Below, piece after piece: positions 10,780 through 18,437 of a DNA stretch of 64,000 nucleotides. The stretch's first letter is position 1. The number at the start of each line of letters is the position of its first letter. The DNA lies in assembly GCA_038231455.1 (NCBI GenBank), contig JBBRLI010000012.1, positions 36,794 through 100,793 on the forward strand, given 5' to 3'. The DNA comes from Vulcanimicrobiales bacterium (lineage in GTDB: Bacteria > Vulcanimicrobiota > Vulcanimicrobiia > Vulcanimicrobiales > Vulcanimicrobiaceae). Both the position numbers and the translations under genes were made by a program. Below the pieces are notes generated by a model that saw only the letters and a program-made list of their open reading frames with translations, was not told where the DNA came from and ran no database searches.

Positions 10780-11871
10780 ATGGACTTCACACTCTCCGCC
10801 GAGCAACTCATGATCAAAGATTCCGTCACGCGCTTTGCCGCCGAACCGCCGAAAGGCGACCCGTGGTCGACGTTTGCGGAACTCGGCTGGCTCGCGCTCG
10901 GCGCACCCGAGGACCTCGGCGGATTTGGCGGTCCGCTTGAAACGATGATCTTGATGGAGGCATTCGGCAAAGGGCTGGTCACGGCGCCGTATCTCGCGCA
11001 AGTCGTGCTTGCCGGTTCGATCTTGCGACTTGCGGCACGAACGGATTTACTCGAAGCACTCGTCGACGGGAACGCGCGTTTTGCCGTCGCGTACGAAGAG
11101 CCGCACGCGCGGCATGATCCCTCGCGCGTTGCGACGATTGCCATGCGCCAGGGTGACGGTTACGCACTGGGTGGCAGCAAAGTGCGTGTCCTCGGCGCGA
11201 GCAGTGCATCAACGTTGATCGTCTCTGCGCGCCTGGACACGCACGACGGTGAGATCGGGCTCTTTGCCGTACCCCTCGACGCGCCGGGCGTCGAAATCCA
11301 CGGACTTGCAAGCGAAGACGGCCACGACGTTGCCGCGATCCAATTGGACAATGTCCGTATTTCTTCGAACGGGCTGATCGCGCTTGCCGGTCTTGCGATC
11401 GTTGAACACGCGCTCGACATCGCGACGGCGGCGCTGTGTGCCGAAGCCGTCGGTATCATGACCGTTCTGCACGACGTCACGCTCGACTACTTAAAAAATC
11501 GCACGCAATTCGGCGTTGCGATCGGTTCGTTCCAAGCGCTCCAGCATCGGATGGCGGAAATGTTTACCGAACTCGAACTCGCACGCTCGATGTCCTTCGT
11601 CGCGGCAATGACGGTCGCGGGTGAGGCGGATCCACGCGAGCGTGCGCGCGCGATCTCCGGCGCAAAAGTGCAAATCGCGCGCTCCGGCCGGTTTGTCGGC
11701 CAAAACGCGATCCAACTTCACGGCGCGATTGGGATGACCGAGGAGTATAAAATCGGACACTACTTCAAGCGGATGACCACCCTGGAACGACTCCTAGGCG
11801 ACAGCGACTACCATCTCGGCCGCTACATCGCAAGCCAGCGTGTTCCCAGGCGGACACCGGTAAACGCGTAG
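10780..11871 (+). CDS. Acyl-CoA dehydrogenase, PimD-like small subunit
   Basis: MDFTLSAEQ, RTQFGVAIGSFQALQHR, IQLHGAIGMTEE; degenerate N-terminal FAD motif typical of the partner subunit. Confidence 0.88.
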   Translation: MDFTLSAEQLMIKDSVTRFAAEPPKGDPWSTFAELGWLALGAPEDLGGFGGPLETMILMEAFGKGLVTAPYLAQVVLAGSILRLAARTDLLEALVDGNARFAVAYEEPHARHDPSRVATIAMRQGDGYALGGSKVRVLGASSASTLIVSARLDTHDGEIGLFAVPLDAPGVEIHGLASEDGHDVAAIQLDNVRISSNGLIALAGLAIVEHALDIATAALCAEAVGIMTVLHDVTLDYLKNRTQFGVAIGSFQALQHRMAEMFTELELARSMSFVAAMTVAGEADPRERARAISGAKVQIARSGRFVGQNAIQLHGAIGMTEEYKIGHYFKRMTTLERLLGDSDYHLGRYIASQRVPRRTPVNA

Positions 11872-11910
11872 CGTTGTTAGACGCTCGACCGCGCCGGGTA
11901 CGACACGGTC

Positions 11911-12027
11911 ATGGGATTTCTGTTCGGTTTCGTACGCACGATCATGACGGTCTTTGCGATCGCCATCGCTATCCTGGTCGTCGTGGACGGCTCGCTACTC
12001 GCGAACCTGCTGCGCAAACGCGAGTAG
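11911..12027 (+). CDS. Putative 38-aa single-pass membrane micropeptide
   Basis: MGFLFGFVRTIMTVFAIAIAILVVVDGSLLANLLRKRE; fills the intergenic gap, hydrophobic core and basic tail; below the ORF-track cutoff. Confidence 0.6.
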   Translation: MGFLFGFVRTIMTVFAIAIAILVVVDGSLLANLLRKRE

Positions 12028-12064
12028 CAAGGGTTCGCGCGCACGAGCGCGCATGGTATCCGGA

Positions 12065-13165
12065 ATGAAACCGCAGGTGGTCATCGCTGATGACCTCACC
12101 GGCGCGTGCGATACCGGGGCCGCATTTGCAACCGCTGGAACCCGCGTTCACGTCTTCGGCGAATTTGACGATCCAGAGATCGGTAAAACCGGCGCCGATA
12201 TTATCGTCGTCGACTGCGATACGCGCCATCGCAGCGAGCACGAGGCGTTCGAGCGTGCCGCGGCCGTTTTAGCGCGCGTCCGGCCCGACCGACCCGAAGA
12301 ACTCTTCATCAAAATCGACTCGACGTTACGCGGCCCAATTGCGGGCGTGGTGCGCGCAGCGCTCGAAGCATTTCCCGACGCCAGCGCCGTCGCCGCGCCG
12401 GCGTTTCCGCATCAACGTCGCACCACGCGCGCGGGTCTCCAGCTCGTCGACGGCGTGCCCGTGCATGTTGGCGCGGTATTCGACGCGCGCGCACCGATCC
12501 GCAGCTCCGATATCGCACTGGTCATCGGCAAACCCGATCGGGTGCGCGTGTGTGACGCCGAAACCGACGCCGATCTCGATGCGATCGCACGGCAAACGAA
12601 CTTCATTTGGATCGGATCGGCCGGAATCGCCGCAGCACTCGCACGCAAGCGCGGGACCGTGCCGACCCTTCCGCCATCGACGCACGGCGTCGTCATCGTC
12701 GCCGGGACCACGAATATCGTGACGCACGAACAGCTCGCCGAAGTTGAAGCGGGTGGCTTCGTCGTCGAGCGCGTCGTGCCGGGCGATTTGCTAATCGAAA
12801 ACGAGCGCTTACGCGGACTCCGTCGGCGGCTGGAAACCGTCGCCTCGAGCGGTGCATCATTCGCGCTCGCGCTCGATCCGGGCGGACGCGTCGTCGACCA
12901 CGCTTCAGTGCTCTCGGCACTATGCGGGTTTCTCACGAGCCTTCCATACGATCCGCGCGTCACGCTGCTGGCGACGGGCGGCGAGACGGCGCGCGCGCTC
13001 TGCCGCGCGCTCGGTATTCACGTCCTGCAGCCGATCGGCGAGGTCGCGACCGGAGTTCCACTCTCGCTTGCGCTCGGACGCGATGCGCGTCTTATCACGA
13101 AGGCCGGAGGATTCGGCGATCCGGGTACCCTTGCCAGGATCGCCGCCGAACGCGCCCGCACCTAA
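12065..13165 (+). CDS. Four-carbon acid sugar kinase (DUF1537, DtnK/DenK-like)
   Basis: IADDLTGACD, KIDSTLRG, PAFP, TGGETA, ITKAGGFG. Confidence 0.9.
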   Translation: MKPQVVIADDLTGACDTGAAFATAGTRVHVFGEFDDPEIGKTGADIIVVDCDTRHRSEHEAFERAAAVLARVRPDRPEELFIKIDSTLRGPIAGVVRAALEAFPDASAVAAPAFPHQRRTTRAGLQLVDGVPVHVGAVFDARAPIRSSDIALVIGKPDRVRVCDAETDADLDAIARQTNFIWIGSAGIAAALARKRGTVPTLPPSTHGVVIVAGTTNIVTHEQLAEVEAGGFVVERVVPGDLLIENERLRGLRRRLETVASSGASFALALDPGGRVVDHASVLSALCGFLTSLPYDPRVTLLATGGETARALCRALGIHVLQPIGEVATGVPLSLALGRDARLITKAGGFGDPGTLARIAAERART

Positions 13166-13170
13166 GCGTG

Positions 13171-14160
13171 ATGCGACCGCGAATCGGGCTGACCATGGGC
13201 GATGCGAGCGGCGTCGGGCCCGAGATCATTGCGAAAACCCTCGCGCATGACGACGTGTACGATCGCGTGCGGCCGATCGTGATCGGTGATGCGCGACGGA
13301 TGCGCCAGGCGATGGACATCGTCGGTTCTCCCCAGCGCGTGCGTGCGGTCATCGACGCATCGTCGGTCGAGACCGATCCGCAGTTTCTCGATTGCCTGAG
13401 CGTTGGAACGCTCCCCGGCGACCTCCCGTTCGGCAAACTTTCCGCGGCTGCGGGACACGCAGCATACGCGTACATCGAAGCCGCGCACGATCTTGCGATG
13501 CAACACAAGATCGACGCCGTGGTAACGGCGCCGCTCAACAAAGAAGCCTTACACGCGGGCGGACATCTCTTTCCCGGCCATACCGAGATCTTTGCGCACC
13601 TGAGCGGAACGAGCGACTTTGCGATGATGCTGACGGCGCCGGATCTGCGCGTCATCCACGTAACGACGCACGTCGGGTTGATCGACGCAGTCGCTCGCAT
13701 CACTCCGGCGCGCGTCGAACGTGTCGTGCGTCTTGCCGACGAAACGCTGCGCCGCGCGGGGATCGCGCGACCGCGTATCGCCGTGTGCGGCATCAATCCG
13801 CACGCCGGTGAGAACGGGCTCTTCGGACACGGCGAGGAGGCCGAGAAAATCGTCCCCGCCCTCGAACGCGCGCGCGCAGACGGAATCGATGTCCAGGGTC
13901 CGCTCCCTGCCGACACGCTCTTCTTCCGCGCGCGTCGCGGCGACTTCGACATCGTCGTTGCGATGTATCACGATCAAGGCCACGGGCCGATCAAAGTGCT
14001 CGGACTCGAGGCGGGGGTCAATATTACCGTCGGACTGCCGTACGTCCGGACGAGCGTCGACCACGGAACCGCCTTCGACATCGCCGGAACCGGCGCCGCC
14101 GACGAACGCTCGCTCATCGCAGCGATCGACGCGGCGATCGATCTTGCTCCGAAGGCGTAG
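13171..14160 (+). CDS. pdxA2: PdxA-family dehydrogenase (4-phospho-D-threonate/erythronate dehydrogenase PdxA2-like)
   Basis: TMGDASGVGPE, FPGHTE, NPHAGE, AMYHDQGH, RTSVDHGTAFDIAG; adjacent to a DUF1537 kinase. Confidence 0.88.
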   Translation: MRPRIGLTMGDASGVGPEIIAKTLAHDDVYDRVRPIVIGDARRMRQAMDIVGSPQRVRAVIDASSVETDPQFLDCLSVGTLPGDLPFGKLSAAAGHAAYAYIEAAHDLAMQHKIDAVVTAPLNKEALHAGGHLFPGHTEIFAHLSGTSDFAMMLTAPDLRVIHVTTHVGLIDAVARITPARVERVVRLADETLRRAGIARPRIAVCGINPHAGENGLFGHGEEAEKIVPALERARADGIDVQGPLPADTLFFRARRGDFDIVVAMYHDQGHGPIKVLGLEAGVNITVGLPYVRTSVDHGTAFDIAGTGAADERSLIAAIDAAIDLAPKA

Positions 14161-14162
14161 CG

Positions 14163-15293
14163 ATGAACCCGCTCGATGCTGTAAGGGATCCCGATCCGTA
14201 TCCGTACTACGCAGACCTCGTTGCTCGCGGCGGTTTGATCCGCGATGGGGCGCTTGGCATTTGGATCGCCGCCGACGCGGCGAGCGTGACGCGCGTACTG
14301 CAGGATGCGACGCTCGCCGTGCGCCCGGCAGCGGAAAAAATTCCTGCGACGCTCGCTGGGTCGCGCGCAGGCGAAATCTTCGGCACCTTCATGCGGATGG
14401 ACGATTCGCCTCGGCACGACCAAACGCGCGAAGCACTCGAGTCGACGCTCCCAGTCGCAACCCCAACCATCGTGCGTACGACCGCGGCACGCTTCGCAAC
14501 CGAGGCGATCGCCGCGCCGGTCGACTTCGATGGCCTTGCGTTTCGCATGCCGATCTACACGATCGCAACGCTGCTCGGAATTCCGCACGACGACCTCGCG
14601 GATGTCCTTACGTGGACGCGCGCCTTCGTTCGCGCAGCTGCACCCGGCGCCTCAACAACTGAGATCGCCGAAGGCAGCAAAGGCGGCGAGGCCCTCTTCT
14701 CGCTCTTCACCGCGCAACTCGAAGACGCGACGGTGCGCGGCGTGTTGCTGCCGAAATTCGTGCAGAACCTCGAACAGGCGGGCGGACGTCAACGCGATGC
14801 GATCGCAAACGCGATCGGGCTGCTCTTCCAAACCTGCGATGCGACGGCCGGACTCATCGGCAACACGATCGTGCGGTTGCAGAACGATCCGGCGCTGCTC
14901 CGGCGATTGCATCACGAATACGCGTTGCTGCCGAAGACCGTTGCGGAGATTCTCCGCTGGGATTCGCCCGTCCAGAATACGCGCCGCTTCGTGACGCGGG
15001 CGCTAAAAATCGGCACGATCGAGGTCAAGCCGGGCGAAACGATCCTTGCCGTACTCGCCGCTGCAAACCGCGATCCACTCGCAAACGAGCATCCGCAAAC
15101 GTTCGATCCGGAGCGAACGACACGGCGCACCTTCACGTTCGGCTCGGGGACGCACGCGTGTCCGGGCGAACGGATCGCGCTGACCATTGCCGAGGCCGCA
15201 CTGCGTGCGCTGCTGGAGAGCGGAGCGTCAATTACGCGGACGTATACCTACCAGCCCTCGGTCAACGCGCGTATCCCGCTCTTTGGAACCTAG
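14163..15293 (+). CDS. Cytochrome P450
   Basis: ExxR (EILR), AANRDP, heme ligand FGSGTHACPG. Confidence 0.9.
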   Translation: MNPLDAVRDPDPYPYYADLVARGGLIRDGALGIWIAADAASVTRVLQDATLAVRPAAEKIPATLAGSRAGEIFGTFMRMDDSPRHDQTREALESTLPVATPTIVRTTAARFATEAIAAPVDFDGLAFRMPIYTIATLLGIPHDDLADVLTWTRAFVRAAAPGASTTEIAEGSKGGEALFSLFTAQLEDATVRGVLLPKFVQNLEQAGGRQRDAIANAIGLLFQTCDATAGLIGNTIVRLQNDPALLRRLHHEYALLPKTVAEILRWDSPVQNTRRFVTRALKIGTIEVKPGETILAVLAAANRDPLANEHPQTFDPERTTRRTFTFGSGTHACPGERIALTIAEAALRALLESGASITRTYTYQPSVNARIPLFGT

Positions 15294-16540
15294 AGCGCGA
15301 GCAGCGCGCCTTGCCGGGCGAGTTCATCGCGCACGTTTTTCGATGCGACGGAGCCGGAACGCGCTTGTTCGGCGGCAGCGACACCGGCGGCTTGACCGGT
15401 GGCAAAGGCGGTCCCCATGACGCGTAACGATGCTCCCGCGTACTGGTCGCCGTCGGCCGTGCGCCCTGCGGCGTAGAGATTATCGGTATCGCGGCTCTGC
15501 AGGCTGCGCAGGGGAATATCGTACGACTCGCCGTTACGAATCGTGAACCACGTGCTGCCTGCCGCGACCTCGGGATGATATTCCATCGGCCACGTTCCGA
15601 GCGCAACGCCGTCATCGAAGCGCGCGCCGGTGGCGACATCGTCGCGCGTCATTTGGTAGCGCGCGTTGATATGGCGTGACTCGCGCGTGCCGATATCCGG
15701 ACCGGTAGCGGTAAGATAGGCACGTTCGTATCCCGGCATTGCTTTGATCGCGGTAAGATACGCCCACGCTTGCTCGCGCCCATGTCGTTCGGCATGCGAG
15801 ATGCTGCGGCTATCGCGCGCATCATACGATTCGTCGATCACGAGCGCCACGATGTCGTTCGAGAGCGGAACGCGCCCGAGAAATCCGGTCTCGCTCGCAA
15901 GCGGGGCGACGCCGCGGGCTTTCGCCGCGCGAATCGCGTGCGACCACGACTCCGGTTCGACCACGACGCTGGGATCGACGCCGCCGATGCGGATCGCGAG
16001 CGTTCCAATGTTGATGAAGCCGTGGTTGCCGTAGCGCGTCGACGCGCCGCCGAAGTAGGCAAGATCGCAGTCGCCGCTCGCATCGACGAATGTCGACGCC
16101 GTTAGTTCGCGTGGTCCGTTGCGATCGTGCACGACGATGCTGGTCATCCGCTCGCCACTGCGGGTCGCGGAGATCATCGTCGTGTGCAGCAGCACATCGA
16201 CGCCCGCGGCAACACACACGCGGTCGAGCGCGACCTTCGCGGCCTCGGGATCGAAGAGCACGATGACGCCACGAAACCGGGTCGGCTCCGAGAGCGCGCT
16301 CATCGCGCGCAGTTCGGCGAGCACGGATTCAGCGACGCCGAAGACGGCTTGGCGCGGCGCGTCGCCGCACGTATAGAGTCCGCAGTATGAGAGGACGTTC
16401 TTCATCGTCGCGGCTCCCCCAAGGCAGCCACTGGACTCGACCAAGAGAACGCGGGCACCCGTCTGTCGGGCCCCGATCGCCGCCCCGACGCCAGCGGCAC
16501 CGCCGCCGACGACGATCACGTCGAAATGATCTTCACGCAC
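15290..16540 (-). CDS. FAD-dependent oxidoreductase (FAD_oxidored family)
   Basis: DVIVVGGGAAGVGAA, LGGAAT, FVDASGD, IGTRESR, YDIPLRSL, LRVMGTAFATGQAAG; start taken at GTG 16540. Confidence 0.88.
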   Translation of the reverse strand: MREDHFDVIVVGGGAAGVGAAIGARQTGARVLLVESSGCLGGAATMKNVLSYCGLYTCGDAPRQAVFGVAESVLAELRAMSALSEPTRFRGVIVLFDPEAAKVALDRVCVAAGVDVLLHTTMISATRSGERMTSIVVHDRNGPRELTASTFVDASGDCDLAYFGGASTRYGNHGFINIGTLAIRIGGVDPSVVVEPESWSHAIRAAKARGVAPLASETGFLGRVPLSNDIVALVIDESYDARDSRSISHAERHGREQAWAYLTAIKAMPGYERAYLTATGPDIGTRESRHINARYQMTRDDVATGARFDDGVALGTWPMEYHPEVAAGSTWFTIRNGESYDIPLRSLQSRDTDNLYAAGRTADGDQYAGASLRVMGTAFATGQAAGVAAAEQARSGSVASKNVRDELARQGALLAL

Positions 16541-16634
16541 TGTACAAGCGTACAAGCGTTCTCCGAGACGGGCCAGCCCTCTCTTGTGGTACAAGTGGCA
16601 GTGGTAGGAAAGCGCAATCGCGAACGTCGACCAC

Positions 16635-17522
16635 GTGGACTTTACCCATGACGACGAGCGCCGGCAAGAGCTTACCGCCTTTCTCCGCAGCCGTCGGGCC
16701 CGCTTGCGACCGGACGAGGTTGGACTGCCCGCAACGCGCGGTCGGCGTCGGGCCCCCGGACTGCGGCGCGAAGAAGTCGCGGCGATCGCCGGTATGAGCG
16801 TGAACTGGTACACGCTCTTTGAGACCGGTAAAAACGATTCGATCTCGGCCAAAGCCGTCGCCGACGTTGCCCGCGCGCTGCAGCTCAGCGTCCGCGAACG
16901 GCAACATTTGGCGGCCCTTGCCCGCGTCACGCTCGAACCGCTCGATCCGCTTGCAGCGCCCCCCTCGGCCGGAATCATCGCCGTCCTCGACGATCTCCGG
17001 ACGACGCCGGCCGTCGTCTGGAATCGCCGCCGCGATGCGCTCGCGTGGAACGGCCTCTTCGGGACCATCTTCGATTACTCAGCAACGAGTTCGGCTTGGA
17101 AACGCAACGGCGTCTGGCGCATCTTCAACGACCCCTCGCGGCGCGTGGTCTGGCCCGATTGGGACGGAGCGGCGCGGCGTTCGTGTTCGGCTTTACGCTG
17201 GCAGTTCGCGCGCGAACCCGAACTTGTGAAAGCCCTGATGGACGAACTGCGAACCAATGCGGACTTTCAGCGCCACTGGGCGGCCGATGACGGCGTGACC
17301 GATTGGATGCACGAGCCGGAATTGCCGCTCGTGGTCGGCCGCGCGCACGGCGAGCCGCTACGCTTTTTGCAGTCGACGCTCGCGACGCCCGAATCGGGGA
17401 CACATCTCGTGCAGTTTTACACCCCGGCGGACGACGCGACGCGCAGCGCCATTTTGCGACTCACGGTCCGCGAGGGAGCGGCGTTCCAATCGGGAACGCT
17501 TCCGCATTCGCCGTCTGCTTGA
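16635..17522 (+). CDS. XRE/MmyB-type transcriptional regulator
   Basis: FLRSRRARLRPDEVGL...RRRAPGLRREEVA HTH; PAVVWNRRRDALAWN ligand-binding domain. Confidence 0.9.
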   Translation: MDFTHDDERRQELTAFLRSRRARLRPDEVGLPATRGRRRAPGLRREEVAAIAGMSVNWYTLFETGKNDSISAKAVADVARALQLSVRERQHLAALARVTLEPLDPLAAPPSAGIIAVLDDLRTTPAVVWNRRRDALAWNGLFGTIFDYSATSSAWKRNGVWRIFNDPSRRVVWPDWDGAARRSCSALRWQFAREPELVKALMDELRTNADFQRHWAADDGVTDWMHEPELPLVVGRAHGEPLRFLQSTLATPESGTHLVQFYTPADDATRSAILRLTVREGAAFQSGTLPHSPSA

Positions 17523-17601
17523 GACGGCACGGGGAGCGAGCCCACCGGGCCGTGCTCGAACTCCGGCTGCACGACGGCTCGCGTAAGTGGAGAATACCCG
17601 A

Positions 17602-17709
17602 ATGGATACCTCGAGCGTATTTCCGATCTGGACCTGGCTGCTCGTCGGTGGCGCCGTGCTCGCCGCAATTGGTTGCTTCGCCGCAATGGGCGCCGTCAAA
17701 AAAACCTAG
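17602..17709 (+). CDS. Putative 35-aa membrane micropeptide
   Basis: MDTSSVFPIWTWLLVGGAVLAAIGCFAAMGAVKKT; GGAGA upstream; followed by an intrinsic terminator. Confidence 0.6.
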   Translation: MDTSSVFPIWTWLLVGGAVLAAIGCFAAMGAVKKT

Positions 17710-17730
17710 TCGTTCGATCGTCGAATCACG

Positions 17731-17762
17731 AGCCGACTCACCACGAGTCGGCTTTTTCTTTT
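17731..17762 (+). terminator. Rho-independent terminator
   Basis: AGCCGACTC-accac-GAGTCGGCT perfect 9-bp stem followed by a T-rich tract. Confidence 0.8.
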
Positions 17763-18433
17763 CAGCGCGTCGCTTGAACGGGCATGCCGCGCGAGAATGC
17801 AGCAAAATCCGGGACCGCCGCAAGCGTGATGCCGAGCGGTTCGGCGAGCGTGTTCGTTTCGATTTCGAACGCGAGCGACTCCAGCTGCCAGGGTGCGTGC
17901 TTAATATCCCCGCGAACGATCCGACCGCGACGTTCGACAAAGAAGTGATAGCGTTCGTGCAAGAACGCGACGAGCGAATGCGGCGGGACGAGAATGGCAT
18001 CGTGCAGTGGTCGGTACGTCGCGCGAAACCGCACGTGCGGCTCGCCGCGATGCGTGCGCCGGCTCGTGTACGAAATGATGCCGTCCGTTTCGGACGTGTC
18101 GATGGCCGCATCGAAGTACGGTAAGCCGGTCGTCACGCGTGCTGCACGAACCGCAAGCCAACTCGCCGCGTCCAAGCTAAAAAAGTAGACCGCGCGTCGA
18201 TCTCCCACGCGCACGTACGTGCGTAGATTGATCTCGTGCACGTCGGCGAATCCCGGCAAAACGGGCGTTCCCGCGGGATGGACGCCCGTCATCCGAAACG
18301 GGACGACCGAAAGCCAAGCCGACCCCTCGAACGTGTCGAGCGTCAGACCGGGTGGAATCGCCGCCTCAATTCGCGTCGGATCGATGCGCCAATGCGCGAA
18401 TGCGACGTCGCGCCACTGCATCTCGAGTTTCAC
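17762..18433 (-). CDS. DUF2071 / YqjF family protein
   Basis: MQWRDVAFAHW, LDTFEGSAWLSVVPFRM, EINLRTYV, VYFFSLDA, FLHERY, IKHAPWQL. Confidence 0.88.
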   Translation of the reverse strand: MKLEMQWRDVAFAHWRIDPTRIEAAIPPGLTLDTFEGSAWLSVVPFRMTGVHPAGTPVLPGFADVHEINLRTYVRVGDRRAVYFFSLDAASWLAVRAARVTTGLPYFDAAIDTSETDGIISYTSRRTHRGEPHVRFRATYRPLHDAILVPPHSLVAFLHERYHFFVERRGRIVRGDIKHAPWQLESLAFEIETNTLAEPLGITLAAVPDFAAFSRGMPVQATR

Positions 18434-18437
18434 GAAT

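Noticed and set aside
13171-14160. Vitamin B6 biosynthetic pdxA
   Set aside because: Linked to a DUF1537 kinase, which indicates catabolic PdxA2; no pdxJ or surA-ksgA context.
15290-17068. N-terminal extensions in the ORF track (592-aa oxidoreductase; also ORF starts at 4335, 11954, 12922, 20506, 45070 and 59747)
   Set aside because: They overlap divergent or upstream genes; family homology begins at the later starts used here.
14163-17522. P450 + FAD oxidoreductase + MmyB regulator as a secondary-metabolite cluster
   Set aside because: No scaffold enzyme or convincing precursor peptide; the genes are convergent and look independent.
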